In this document: positions 1 through 14,001 of the stretch, piece by piece
Layout of the letters: each line of letters begins with the position of its first letter
Position numbering within the stretch: the stretch's first letter is position 1
Source of the DNA: Eledone cirrhosa
Taxonomy: Eukaryota
Length of the DNA: 64,000 bases
Assembly (NCBI GenBank): GCA_964016885.1
Contig: OZ024743.1
Coordinates: 16,430,001 to 16,494,000, forward strand
Reading direction: 5' to 3'
The notes under the pieces: generated by a model
The model's input: the letters and a program-made list of their open reading frames with translations, nothing else
Databases searched by the model: none
Told to the model about the DNA's origin: nothing
Made by a program: the position numbers and the translations under genes

Positions 1-480
1 CGCCATCTATGCTCCTTTTGGGGCAGCGAGGCCGGACCGTTTCCAACGTCTGGAGACTTTTCTATGGACGTCCCGCTCCCTGCTTTTAGTGGGGGACTGG
101 AATGGTATCCTAAATGCAGGTTGGGACTATGTAGGGGCATGTACCGATAGAGGGGGTGTAACAGGCTCAAACGGTTAATCGGCCGATTTGACCTGACCGA
201 TAAATATCGACTAGATTTTCAGACTGCGCAACCTGGACTTGGACTAACCCCAGCGGATCATCTAGGTCGTACCTAGATAGGGTCCTAGTAAAGAAATAAG
301 GATAGGGACCTACTAATTGTCCAGAGATGAGCATGGTTGGCTATTCAGATCACAAATTAGTGATCTGCTTAGTCAACCTTGATAGAACGCATAGACAAGG
401 ATCCGGTTATTGGAAGCTGAACTTGTCCTTACCGGCAAGTAAAGCTTACAGGGATCGGATTAGCGCTTTAGTTAAGGAAC
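1..480 (+). pseudogene. L1/Tx1-type non-LTR retrotransposon ORF2 fragment (AP endonuclease), frameshifted, truncated
   Basis: Translations give AIYAP (window start), GDWN, RSYLDRVL, SDH and GSGYWKLNLSL, the ordered APE motifs of L1/Tx1 ORF2. Confidence 0.8.
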
Positions 481-1809
481 AGTTGTATTTTACTCGTTCT
501 TTTGTGTAACCCCCCCCCACCCTTGTATTTGTCCCCTTCTTTTGTGCCCTCGTGGCAATAAATATAAATTTATCAATATATCTCTCCACCATTTGTAGTT
601 CATTATCATTGGGGATATTTTGCATGTGGCTCCTTCACAAGGCTGATGCTGTGCCTTATAGAAGCTTCTATGCAAATATGAAATAACTGAATTTGTGACG
701 TTGACATGATGTTTTCTTGTAAAGCCTGTCACGATATTCGGTATTGATTGCAGTAGTATAGCTTAAAAAATAACATCGTTGTTACTTACTTTATTTTTTA
801 CAATGTTCCCTTCTACGAAATAATAGAATGGGTTTATACTTTCAAAAATATACCTTACAAAATATTTCTCCACCTACAAAGCTATAATTCTCTAATTCCT
901 AGCGCACCTTCTTAGTATTAATTACTCTATGAGATCCGCTAAAATCTTGCTTCTCCACAACACCAAATTCCTAACCAGTTAGTTAAGTTTATGGGTCTGA
1001 TTTTCACTTTATGCTCCATACATTTTATATTTCAATCTCAAGATACTTGCATTTTGGCAGTTTCATTCATACCGGGAAAAATTCAATTGCAATGATAACC
1101 AATATTTCAGTGAATCTTTATAAAACCTTTTAATAATATTTCTGAACGGTTCACCTTGAATTGTTTTCAGTTTAAACAGTAATATCCTAGACGTTTAAGG
1201 CCACGATGTTGTCATGTAGCGTGTTTTGTACTTGTTTAGGTTATTTTTTTTTATGTTTTCATTATAAATATTATACATTCATCTCTAGTTTCATGTAAGT
1301 TTTAGTGTATCACATTGTGTTACTCCCTGTACCTGAGATGTGAACAGCATAGTCTTCTTTTTGTGAAAGCTGGAGGACTTTAAATTCCCCTGTTAGTCTA
1401 CTGGATATATCATGCTTTGTTATGCAGTTTACCTTGTGGATTCCTTTATTACTTTAGTGTAGTCTGTACTGCATGGTGTGTTATGAAAGATTTGTTATTT
1501 TCCTGGGCATTAAACATATAAAATGTATGTTGTGTTGGGATGGTTGTTTTATTTTATTACATACGTTTTGTATAAAGTGTTCATGTTTTCCCCGTCCTTG
1601 ATTAATACATCTGAACAAAGTTCATGGTTATTTTATTAGATTGTACGGGTATATCCCAGACGATTCTCGCCACTTCGGAGATTTGCATATTGCCCATTTG
1701 ATATAGTCGCCAGCTTGATCATAAATGTGTATATATTCCGATTTAGAAAGATCATGGAAGTTTGGTAGAATATGGCCAAATGTCTAATTAAGCATTTGGA
1801 ATTATAATC

Positions 1810-2278
1810 CACTCCTGACGGGTCGATATTATAAAGTACTAGTAATGTACTTGGTAATTGCTGGCCTTGTGCCAATAGTAGAAACAATTATTTTATTTGT
1901 GGGCAGTATCGGTAAAGGTCGGACGATGTGCTTTGCAGCACAGAGTTACGCCCCTTTATGAACTAAATCCAAATCCTGATGTTCACTTTGCTTTTCATCC
2001 TTACGGTGTCGATAAAATAAAGCACCAATAATGCACTGGGATAATTGCTTGCCTTGTGCCAAAAGTAGAATCAATATTTTATTTGTGGGCGGTGGATTGG
2101 CAGTATCGGAAGAGTGTCGGACGTCATGATTTGCAGCACAGAGTTACGGCCATTTACATTCTGAGTTCAAATTCCGCCGCGTTTAACTTTGTCTTTCATC
2201 CTTACGGGGCGGATAAAATAAATTACCAGTAATGAACTGATAATTTTGATGGCCTTGTGCCAAAAGTAGAAACATTTA
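1810..2278 (+). mobile_element. Three head-to-tail copies (first partial) of a tRNA-derived SINE, family A
   Basis: Each ends in ggccttgtgccaa(a/t)agtagaa(a/t)ca; third copy has head gggcggtggattggcag and B-box-like gagttcaaattcc; same family at five other loci here. Confidence 0.85.
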
Positions 2279-3251
2279 TTTTATTTTTGGTCAGATATTT
2301 GGTGTGTGCAACAAGAACCATTCATTTCTCATTTGCTTTCACCTGGAGCTTCTGCGTCAAGTCTACGAGTTGACTTTGATTTAGGTTTACCTTTTCACCG
2401 ATGGTTATTGGCTGTGTAGTGAATTTTCTTTCTACCTCTTTATTATGCTTTATAATTCTGTCCTCATGTTTTTCGTCGTTTTATAGATTGTGGATTTTGT
2501 TATCAAAGATTATTGTTTCGAACGATTCGTTTTCTACCTTTTAATTTCGATGTACAAGAAGATATTGTTTCATTATTTCTTAAATAAACCATTCTTCCAC
2601 TATTTGAGTGCGTTTTCTTGTAAAACAGTTGTTATTTTAAATCTATTGGTATCAGATCACGTGCTTCGTGTATGTTGTGTTTGACTATTCTTGAGTCATA
2701 TATTCGGTAGAATTTGGTTTCTGGTTTTACTATCCATCTTTTAAACTCACCGAACTTGTAGTTTATTACATTGGAGATGTTTATAATATATATAGTTCTA
2801 TCATTTACTTCTAACAGTGACTACATATTCTAATACTTCTTTATTTTTCTCTTTCATTTGCTTATGTTTATTTTAGCTGTTTCGTTTATTCTATGGGTCA
2901 TTGTTATCCCCTATTTTAATTTCTGCGTCTATATCAAATGCATTAATTTAAGAGCTGCTTAATTTGACTCTTTTTAGAATGTCTTTGGCACATGTGTCTA
3001 ATCCCATATTCTCATTTATCTCGTTAATGAAGTTATGGCAATTTTTAGAATTTTTTAAGTTCGGTATTGCACTCTGTAAATATATTCATGTCATCCATAC
3101 ACATGAACTGGTTTCTATTTTATCGATCTGCATCCCATGTTGGTTTCATTCATCATATTTGTTAGTCGTTTCAGAGCAAGGCAAAATGCTGAATTTTAGG
3201 GATGATAACGAACCCCCATTCCATTTTTCATATTCTATACTTTTACCCTTA

Positions 3252-3464
<213 letters not shown>

Positions 3465-5422
3465 TCCTATTTTGCCATTTATTAAAATGTACTATTTCTA
3501 TGTTACAAATTTGAGGAAAGAATAGATTAGATCAAGAAAATCTTAAATAAGCTATGAAAATTCTCTACGAAATTGAAGAATATAATCTTAGGATATAAAG
3601 AGCAGTGACGAAGCAGTAAAAAATGTGGCATATAACAGAATAAGATTCGTATTGGAAAAACAATGATAGAAGAGGAAAGCACCTAGTGGATAGATAAATT
3701 GATGCAAGGTCTGTTTATATATATATGTAAAAGAAAATGGTATAGGTAAAAAGCATGGGTGCTAAAATCGATTTTTAAGAACTAATTATGGGCAATGTGA
3801 CATTGATAAAACTGTAAAATATAATAAATGATAACAACTTTCCGCCATATTGTAAGTGAATGCAGCAAACATGCACCAAATGATAAAGTTGCCAGAAGGT
3901 TAAGCGAGAAACCTAAACTGAACAGAAAATAAATGTGGTTTGTACATCAACCTTTTTATCACGAAACGCATTAGAGAAGAATTGACATTTTTATTGTTGT
4001 AATAGTAAAGAATGTGTTAGCTAATGCCTTCCTCGGGGTATAACTAAATATCACAAAGTAGGTAAAAGAAAAGGGGAATATTTGAGCCGTACCAAAATCT
4101 GAAAAAGAAAATTTACAAACTATGGAGCATGAAAAATGCTGAATCCATATTATGCATAGTGTGTGTCGAGAAAACTTTAAGGAATATAACGAAAACATGG
4201 CTTGACAATTGGATTGAGATCCACACAAAGAACGTCTTCAATGTACAGGGTCAGCATAAAGTGATTGAAAATGCCATATTGAAAACCTGATTGAAAATAC
4301 CATATATTGGATACTATATTTTTCAATGATTTAATTATTAAAATCCAATTTTAATGTTTATCTGAACATGGTATACACGTTTTCTTCTTCAAGAAGTAGT
4401 TGTAATTTTGAATATCAAAATGACACCTGAGAAATAAAACGATCATTGTGGAAAGATTTTATGCTCACGCAGTATATCGGTATTTGAAATAACACTGATT
4501 CTGGGAATGGATCTTGAAATATAACCAACCAAAGAAGTACAAAGTTGATATGACGTATAATAAAGAACACATTGAAATTGAATATACTATTTATTATGCC
4601 GAGTGTGCGAGTCATAACAGCTTCTTACTTAATGTTTTCTTTTGTTGCTTATGTTTCAAGAACGTGTCCCAGAAACAATGTTAAATCCAATATTGATATA
4701 TACCGAATAGCATGTTTGTGAATCTCAATTAAATTATATTCAAGCCATGTTCTTGATATATAATGAAAAGGATAACATTAAATATCAAACACAAGCACAC
4801 CAATATTAATAGCATCAGCACCAACACAACCACTGCTTGAAAGTGAAATATACATGTTATGAGAGATGAAAGTTAAAACTGTGACAATAATAAACTTAAT
4901 ATTATGTTTGATAAATAATTACCCATCAGATCAGTTCACATCCTACGCAAGACATTATCGCTTCAATAGAACAGCTCCTCTAACATAAATATATTCATAT
5001 AAAACAGACACCCTATACTAAAATCACCTCTAAAGTGCAGACAAAATGTAATCTAAATTATTAATACCCAATAATATCGCACTTCTTTCGTTACACACAG
5101 CAGCCACAAGAAATCAAACTTTAATGTAATACAGAAATCAACAAGACAAACCCCATAAGAAACGAATATTGATGCAGTATACAGAAAAAAACATATTTAG
5201 TACTTTTCCACCTGTATTTATATGAAGCTTCGGATATAGTGCATGACACTTAAAATATCTTGTTATAAAATCTCTCTTATACGCAACACACAAACACACA
5301 TGCACACATACACACACCACCACCACACACACATCCCCACACATACATATATATAACAACATCTGTTTTCGTTATTTACAAGGCGGATACATACTTATAT
5401 ATATATATATATATATATATAT

Positions 5423-5526
5423 AGGAACGAGTAGGACCCGACGGCTGAGCTCAAGAGTACTTTGTTGCGTTATGGTCCATTGATTCCTTACCACATTTCC
5501 TTCGTTATATATATATATGTATATGT

Positions 5527-5583
<57 letters not shown>

Positions 5584-5599
5584 TATGTATATGTATATA

Positions 5600-5652
<53 letters not shown>

Positions 5653-6387
5653 AACGAAGAAAGTGTGGTAAGGAACCAGGTGACCATAACGCACCAGAGT
5701 ACTCAATAGTTTGGGTAGTAGAGTGGGTAATAGGAAAACTTTCAAGACCCCGACGGCAGAGCTCAAGCCGTTTCGACCACTATTCCTGGGCTAAAGTAGA
5801 TTTTTTGCGTGGTAGTAAATAGCCGAACTTTTCAAGGGGTAATTCTTTTTATGGGCGTGTGATAATGATGAATTTCTTAAGATTGTAGTTGTCAAAAGTA
5901 TTGGTCAAAATGTCTTGTAAACACAATTAAATATTTCACGGCAGTGGGTGGGGAGTGGTGGTGGCTGAACGTGGCTGTAGAACAATGAGGGAGTGGGTTA
6001 AGCCGGTCAAGCATTGAAAGTGAATTCTATACAGCAAATTCTAAGGAGTGTGTATGAATTAGGCTAGCTAGAATGCAGGCGAAAAAGAAATTCTCGATGA
6101 ATCTGAGAGTGGGAAGTTATACAATTAAAAAATAAAAGGTTAATAAATAAAAAAATAAAAAATAAGAAATGAAAAATAATATTTAAAAAAATGAATGATA
6201 AAAAATAATAAAAACTAGAGTTTTGACAAGTACAATCTTCAGAAATCCATCATTATCGCACGCCCATATAAGGAATTACGCCTTGAAAGGTTCGGCTACT
6301 TACTTTACTACCACGCTAAAAATCCAATTTAGTCCAGAAGAGCCGTCGAAACGGCTTGTATTCTGCCGTTGGGGTCTTGAACATTTT

Positions 6388-6390
<3 letters not shown>
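5423..6390. mobile_element. Non-coding PLE-like remnant with internal inversions, embedded in (TA)n
   Basis: ~5730-5898 is the diverged reverse complement of ~6222-6390; 5455-5510 is inverted to 5650-5705; 5423-5454 resembles 5732-5767; (TA)n on both sides. Confidence 0.6.
6331..6375 (+). ncRNA. Degenerate hammerhead-like motif
   Basis: CAGAAGA-gccgtc-GAAA-CGGC..GCCG-TT; the inverted copy (~5745-5795) has GCCG-TC. Stem III good, stems I and II poor. Confidence 0.35.
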
Positions 6391-6466
<76 letters not shown>

Positions 6467-6491
6467 CAGGAGGCTGGACTGGTGTAAATCC

Positions 6492-6569
6492 TTCAAACGT
6501 TTATTATACTATGATCATTTCAATGACCGGGTTCCTATATGAATCCGCTGATATCATCAGGTATTTGAA
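6492..6569 (-). ncRNA. Type I hammerhead ribozyme
   Basis: Minus strand: ttcaa-atac CTGATGA t [stem II] t GAAA tgatca TA gtat..tttgaa; stem I atac/gtat plus ttcaaa/tttgaa; palindromic stem III ATGATCAT. Confidence 0.75.
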
Positions 6570-8055
6570 ATATAACAGAGGAATATGTAAAACCCATGGG
6601 TCCGAAAAATCAGAGACTAAAACATGTATTGTATTGACTGAATTCTCTAATCTATACCTCAGGGCATTTTTTGTGACTCACACTGAATTCGGAGACCCGA
6701 ACTTTACACTAGGTACCACCTGTTACTATTCCATCTCTTCCATCCTCTATATCTATATGTACAACCTGTATTATCTTACTACAACTTCAACTATATTGTA
6801 TTTCCCATTTGCTCTAATTCCTCCGATATGTTCTTATATATTTCCGTCTTACTACATCACTACCTTAGCTATGAAGACGTTTTATTTTTATCAATGTATT
6901 CTTTATTTTTGTATTTTATCTTCGTATCCTACTTTTATTTATTTGTAACTTTCCTTACTCAGGTCATTATGCACCTTTCATAGCTCCCTGCCCACCAAAG
7001 AACCACACTACTTATAACCCGGACTAACTGGGACTTAAAATAATTATAGTCTATTTGCACTCTTTATTGAGTTTTGCTCCCGTCGACTGATGTGGTGGCG
7101 TTTCGCGGCTGCGCGATGGGTGCTCGGAAAGTTCTGCCTTCATTGAGTGCTTGGAAAAATAAATTTCACCTCTTTCGGTAAACGAAATTACACAAACCGG
7201 CTTGCTTTGCACCTGGCCCACCGCGCCGCCTGTTTTGACCGCCATATTATACTTAAACCTATAAACTCTAGGCTTAGGCATAACTGTTAGCTGCATCATG
7301 CCTCTACTGGCACGTAAATAAACCCCTCATGTGTGAATTAATAGTATTCGTTTGGTATTGACGATGGCCTGTCGAAATTGTAGACTTCCCGCTAGCACAC
7401 CCGGGGCCTAGTGTAGCTACGTTCCTAGAGTACTCGGACAATTAATTTCCATATCTTCCACTGGACGATACCACTCGAAACTGGCTGACACGTGGTTAGG
7501 AGGTGCTGGCTGGGATTCACATTCGAAGGCTTTAATCTTTATCTCAACCTGATATCTTATCGAGATTAACTTTTTCATCTAAGACTCTCTGTAAGTTCAT
7601 TTAATAATTGTTTTATTTATTTTCCAATTTTCAATTTATTATTTTTTAATTTAATTTCATTCTTTAACTCGTAACATAAGTTTAACGTTCCAAATTTCTG
7701 TTCACACATTAGACCATACAGACACCAATCATATATGACTTTGGTAAAATATAGATTCTTTAGAATAACGTTTTTAGTGTGAACCTTACGCTGACTTCTT
7801 TCTTTCTTTTTATATTGTTTTTTCTTCTCTCTTTCTTTCTTTCTTTCTTTCTTTCTTCCCCTTTTTTATTTTTTATTCTTTGACGGAGAGTGGTAGTACA
7901 TTATAAGCCTTCGCCGCCTCACCCGATGGTCATTAGCAGATCGAGTTGCCATCACTTTGAGGGCGACTGGCCGACGTGAAGACAGCTAGTTGGTCAGTCG
8001 TCCTCTCTGTCTCTAATTTTTCGACCCATGTTTTTTACATATATCTTCGTTATAT

Positions 8056-8132
8056 TTCAAATACCTGATGATATCACCGGATTCATATTGAACCCGGTCA
8101 TTGAAATTATCATAGTATAATAAACCTTTGAA
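8056..8132 (+). ncRNA. Type I hammerhead ribozyme
   Basis: CTGATGA 8065-8071, stem II atcaccgg/ccggtcat, GAAA 8103-8106, predicted cleavage after A8114, stem I atac/gtat; stem III has one substitution. Confidence 0.7.
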
Positions 8133-8308
8133 GGATTTACACCAGTCCAGCCTCCTGTTATTTTTATTTATAATTAACTCCGTATTCGCACCACCAACTA
8201 CACAAACGAAGACGGGCTAACTGCAGTACGTTGAGTACTCTCCACAATCTTACACCAAGATAGACCATGCGGAATGACCAAATCTATCCAGTGGTGAACC
8301 AACAAACC

Positions 8309-8367
<59 letters not shown>

Positions 8368-8796
8368 GCTTACACAGATACATAGACACACAAAAGCACA
8401 CATGAACATAATCCATACGCACAAACGTAAGGAAATACAAAGGTAAACAAGTTGTCTATCAAGTAATTGTATATGTATTTTAATACTGATTTCGTGATGT
8501 CATTAATTATTTTTTTAATAAGTGAATAGTTGAAACGAATTTCGTAGGGGTGATGATGTGATTAACAAAATTCGATAAATTGATGCCTTTCCCGTAGGAA
8601 TTCCTGGTCTACATGGAATCCACCAGGAATCGATAACACAGCAGAGCAGTTTGCAATACATCATGGCTTGAAATATGTAATAATTTCACGAGACAACACA
8701 CGCACATATGAATTATATACATGTACATATGCATATATATGTGTGTGTTTGTGCGTGTCTGTATATATATATATATACACATATGCATCCATACAT

Positions 8797-8830
<34 letters not shown>

Positions 8831-9125
8831 TTATATATATATATAAATGGAAAAGAATGAAACGAAATTTCATTTCTCACTCTCAGTACGGCGCTTACTT
8901 AATTGTAAGTATGTATGTATGTATACGTACATACATATATGTATACAAACGTACAGTAATATGTGTATATATAAATACATGCACACATATATATATGCAC
9001 GTCTCGGTTTACCGAACATTTATTATAATGCTCGGTTGTTTGTTTGTAAACAAACAAACAGCCCAGACTACGCCGTACAGTGTCTAGGCAACAACGTCAC
9101 CTTTTTGTTCAACACTGACACAGGA

Positions 9126-9168
9126 ACGATGTACTAGTTTCAAGCTTATTAGCTATCGTCAGCATCGT
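9126..9168 (-). ncRNA. Minimal type I hammerhead ribozyme
   Basis: Reverse complement of the motif at 9642-9684. Confidence 0.8.
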
Positions 9169-9641
9169 ATACCTTCCTGCCAGATGGTTGAACGTCTGAA
9201 AGTATATACTTTCCTTATGCTTGAAACTAGTACATCGTTCCTGTGTCAGTGTTGAACAAAAAGGTGACGTGGTTGCCTAGACACTGTACGGCGTAGTACG
9301 GGCTGTTTGCTTGTTTACAAACAAACACACCGAGCATTATAATATATGTTCGGTAAATCGATACGTACATATATATATGTGTGCATGTATGTATATATAC
9401 ACATACTACTGTACCTCTGTATACATATATGTATGTACGTATACATACATTCATACTTACATTTAAGTAAGTGCCGTACTGAGAGTGAGAAATGAAATTT
9501 CGTTTCATTCTTTTCCATTTACCGTTTTCGGTACGCCCAGCCGACTGAACTCACTCGATATGCAAATTAGGCTGCTCAGCCGTTAATATGCATAAGGAAA
9601 GTATATACTTTCAGACGTTCAACCATCTGGCAGGAAGGTAT

Positions 9642-9684
9642 ACGATGCTGACGATAGCTAATAAGCTTGAAACTAGTACATCGT
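9642..9684 (+). ncRNA. Minimal type I hammerhead ribozyme
   Basis: acgatg CTGACGA t agct aata agct t GAAA c ta g TA catcgt: 6-bp stem I, 4-bp stem II, palindromic ACTAGT stem III, GUA site (after 9678). Confidence 0.85.
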
Positions 9685-9940
9685 TCCTGTGTCAGTGTTG
9701 AACAAAAAGGTGAGGTGGTTGCCTGGACACTCTACGGCGTAGTCTCGGCTGTTTGTTTGTTTACAAACAAACACACCGATCACTATAATAAATGTTCGGT
9801 AAACCGATACGTGCATATATATATGTGTGCATGTATGTATATATATACATACTACTGTATGTCTGTATACATATATGTATGTACGTATACATACATACAT
9901 ACTTATATATATATGTATATATACATATATATATATATAG

Positions 9941-10024
<84 letters not shown>

Positions 10025-10504
10025 TTACACGCACCCATATGTATGTGTCAGTGTAAGTGTGTTTGTTTTTTTGCGTGCGTGTATGTAAGCAAAACGTAAA
10101 CGGAAACAGCAAAGCAAACGTCATAATATAATGATAAAAAATGATTAACGCTTCATTTAGTAGAAACATCAGAAGATAGAGTGAGAAATAAAATATGAAA
10201 TAGAAAGATACCGTGAGAAAAGGAAAGAACGGAAGCATTTCTTTGAAAAAAGAACCGTGTGTATTCAGTCAGCCATTGGAAAATATTATTACAGGTTTGA
10301 AGCTTTTAAAATATATAAGTAGGATTTATTTATATAGTTTTTCCATTAAGCAGTTTCATATTTTGGTTCGTATTAGGCGTGGATAAAGCGAAACATGAAA
10401 AATAATATACTCCTAAAAGAAATCGCTTTGAAATCTTCAGAAGCTGCTCAGCTTAAACGGTTAGTGCAAAAACTATTTAACTCATGTCTAGTGATTATTT
10501 CCTG

Positions 10505-10815
10505 AGATATTGTAACCACATGCAGAGAATTGGAACTGTAATCTCTCAATTCGGAGTAGTAGCGGCTTTACAAGGAGTGATTCTCTGATCTTCGGTCTAC
10601 GTACTCTATCGAGTAAATTTACTCAAAAACACACCAGAGGAACTCCATTTCGGCCCATTTGCAATTATATCTTTTAGTTCATTATCCGTGAACGAAGGTA
10701 AGGTTTAGCAGGAATACCGAATTGAAAATAACTAGTTTGGCTTTTGCACCTACCTTACTCCTTTTAATTACCGAATGCTGAAGCTAGCGCATTACTGGAC
10801 CAGCTCCTTCAAATG
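10505..10815 (-). pseudogene. RTE-clade (Rex3/Expander-like) LINE fossil, post-RT region
   Basis: Minus-strand pieces read GAGPVMR*LQHSVIKRSKVGAKAKLVIFNSVF, AEMEFL and LLDRVRRPKIRESLLVKPLLLRIERLQ, resembling the RTE C-terminal region; stops and frameshifts. Confidence 0.7.
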
Positions 10816-11327
10816 TTTCATAGCCTGCTTTATCGCCCCCTTCCTCACAGCGGATACCCCTGAGCTTCTTTATCAGCTTCGGGAAGATTCAGAGATCTCA
10901 TTGAAATCTAACATCAGAATATACGAGTCAGTCTAAACTACATCTAACCCTGCAGTAAATTAATCAAGGAAGTCTCTGTATCGGACTCCTTGTTGGGTCA
11001 ATAAAATTACAACAAATACAGACAACTTATACAGCATATGAAACTGTACAGTATAAGTTGTGTCAAATTATAAGAGAAGAGAATCAGAATTCAGCTTTGA
11101 GCATAGCTGTCTACAGATATGTATTGGGATTTTGTAATTCTTAAGCAATACAGTATGCTTGTAAATAAATATTTAGAAATCTATGCATAATCAACGGCAG
11201 CTATCGAAACCTTTCGTTGTTCATACAGCTTCATATGCAATTGAGATTAATCACCTCATTTTCATAGACGAGAAAACTATATATTCTCGCCTGTTTTCAA
11301 GTACAAGCAGTTACAAGAGCGGGAGGG

Positions 11328-11371
11328 ATCGTCCTGATGAGAACCAGTTCATTTCGAAATGCATCGACGAT
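11328..11371 (+). ncRNA. Minimal type I hammerhead ribozyme, solo
   Basis: atcgtc CTGATGA gaa..ttc GAAA tgca TC gacgat: canonical core, 6-bp stem I, palindromic ATGCAT stem III, AUC site after 11365. Confidence 0.85.
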
Positions 11372-11579
11372 TGTCTCACTTGCTTCTGCAGGACACCACC
11401 AGGTGGAGATGGCTACCGGTGTTTTTGCAGAGCTACGGCTTTCTAAAAATATATTTATAAACATACCGTATACCTTTAGAAATAGGAAATTCCAACACTC
11501 ACACACACATACACACTTACACCTCCACACACGCACACACGCACACACATACACACACATACACACACACACACACACA

Positions 11580-11655
<76 letters not shown>

Positions 11656-11659
11656 TATT

Positions 11660-11878
11660 GTATATACGTAGCAAATCTCTTCCACTTGTGCGTAGTGCTG
11701 AGCGTATACAGTTAATATAAAGAGAGGTGTGATCATCCACGGAAATGCTACACAATAGATTATATAATAGGACGGAAGCCATTAGACGCGGAAAAGAAGT
11801 CAACGGCCGCTACGACGAATTGAACCTTGTAGGTCTTAGGTACTGGTTAGACACTTTGAACCATTCAGCCAAGGTCCC
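11660..11878 (-). mobile_element. tRNA-derived SINE, family B
   Basis: Minus strand starts gggacct-TGGCTGAATGG (A box) ... GGTTCAATTC (B box), ~220 bp, ends at (TA)n; no full cloverleaf. Confidence 0.6.
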
Positions 11879-12082
11879 ATAACTGTTAACATCATAATTT
11901 GTCTGAATCACAGCTTTTAAATGCGAACAGACATCGTATATACGTAGCGATATATAAATAAATAAATTATTCTCTAAAGGTTCTCCTATTCTAACATTTT
12001 GGTTTTATATAATCTACACACACACACACGCACACACACGCCCACACATACGGACTCACACACACACACACACACATATACA

Positions 12083-12138
<56 letters not shown>

Positions 12139-12239
12139 GATCAAAATATTATATATTATGTATACTCCAGTCCTACAAACTGTAGTGTACTTCTTATCCG
12201 ATATCTGCATTGCTTTATTGTACTACAATAAAACTCACC

Positions 12240-12298
<59 letters not shown>

Positions 12299-12303
<5 letters not shown>

Positions 12304-14001
12304 TTGTAGCTCTGAAATAGCAATATATATATGGATGTAAATATAATGTATTTTGCGGTCTTCAAAATGCTTTTAATTAAGCATAAAGTGTATTGCAAAA
12401 TACATTATATTTACATCCATATATATATTGCTCTTTCAGAGCTACAATTCTAATTTTTAATTTCTGCCTGACCAACAACCGCTCTGCATAATCAGCTCCT
12501 GATTATTTACTAGATTTCTGTAAGAATATAACATCATTGATCTCAGGAGACGGGCGGGGTAGTTGGCCTTGATAAGCTTCAACAAAAGCGAAACATGTCA
12601 TGTCGGCTTATCTCCTCCTGTTTGCTGAGATCGAAGTGAGTGAATTTGTCACTACTTTAAAACAATAGCTTACGGTCTTCAAAATGCTTTTAATTAAGCA
12701 TAAAGTGTATTGCAAAATACATTATATTTACATCCATATATATATTGCTCTTTCAGAGCTACAATTCTAATTTTTAATTTCTGCCTGACCAACAACCGCT
12801 CTGCATAATCAGCTCCTGATTATTTACTAGATTTCTGTAAGAATATAACATCATTGATCTCAGCAGACGGGCGGGGTAGTTGGCCTTGATAAGCTTCAAC
12901 AAAAGCGAAACATGTCATGTCGGCTTATCTCCTCCTGTTTGCTGAGATCGAAGTGAGTGAATTTGTCACTACTTTAAAACAATAGCTTACGGTCTTCAAA
13001 ATGCTTTTAATTAAGCATAAAGTGTATTGTAAAATACATTATATTTACATCCATATATATATTGCTATTTCAGAGCTACAATTCTAATTTTTAATTTCTG
13101 CCTGAGCAACAACCGCTCTGCATAATCAGCTCCTGATTATTTACTAGATTTCTGTAAGAATATAACATCATTGATCTCAGCAGACGGGCGGGGTAGTTGG
13201 CCTTGATAAGCTTCAACAAAAGCGAAACATGTCATGTCGGCTTATCTCCTCCTGTTTGCTGAGGTGGAAGTGAGTGAATTTGTCACTACTTTAAAACAAT
13301 AGCTTACGGTCTTCAAAATGCTTTTAATTAAGCATAAAGTGTATTGCAAAATACATTATATTTACATCCATATATATATTGCTATTTCAGAGCTACAATT
13401 CTAATTTTTAATTTCTGCCTGACCAACAACCGCTCTGCATAATCAGCTCCTGATTATTTACTAGATTTCTGTAAGAATATAACATCATTGATCTCAGGAG
13501 ACGGGCGGGGTAGTTGGCCTTGATAAGCTTCAACAAAAGCGAAACATGTCATGTCGGCTTATCTCCTCCTGTTTGCTGAGATCGAAGTGAGTGAATTTGT
13601 CACTACTTTAAAACAATAGCTTACGGTCTTCAAAATGCTTTTAATTAAGCATAAAGTGTATTGCAAAATACATTATATTTACATCCATATATATATTGCT
13701 ATTTCAGAGCTACAATTCTAATTTTTAATTTCTGCCTGACCAACAACCGCTCTGCATAATCAGCTCCTGATTATTTACTAGATTTCTGTAAGAATATAAC
13801 ATCATTGATCTCAGCAGACGGGCGGGGTAGTTGGCCTTGATAAGCTTCAACAAAAGCGAAACATGTCATGTCGGCTTATCTCCTCCTGTTTGCTGAGATC
13901 GAAGTGAGTGAATTTGTCACTACTTTAAAACAATAGCTTACGGTCTTCAAAATGCTTTTAATTAAGCATAAAGTGTATTGCAAAATACATTATATTTACA
14001 T

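Larger units (their letters stand above)
6456..8171 (+). mobile_element. Non-autonomous PLE-like element bounded by inverted HHR-containing repeats
   Basis: 6456-6619 is the reverse complement of 8009-8171; both hold a hammerhead; no recognisable ORF inside; left end abuts (TA)n. Confidence 0.7.
8847..9905 (+). mobile_element. Short array of the ~466-bp HHR repeat family (inverted partial copy + ~1.5 direct copies)
   Basis: Homologous to the 40.9-48.2 kb arrays; orientation flips at ~9219; (TA)n-rich flanks. Confidence 0.9.

Noticed and set aside
11800-11878. tRNA gene
   Set aside because: A/B boxes present but no acceptor or anticodon stems; treated as a SINE head.
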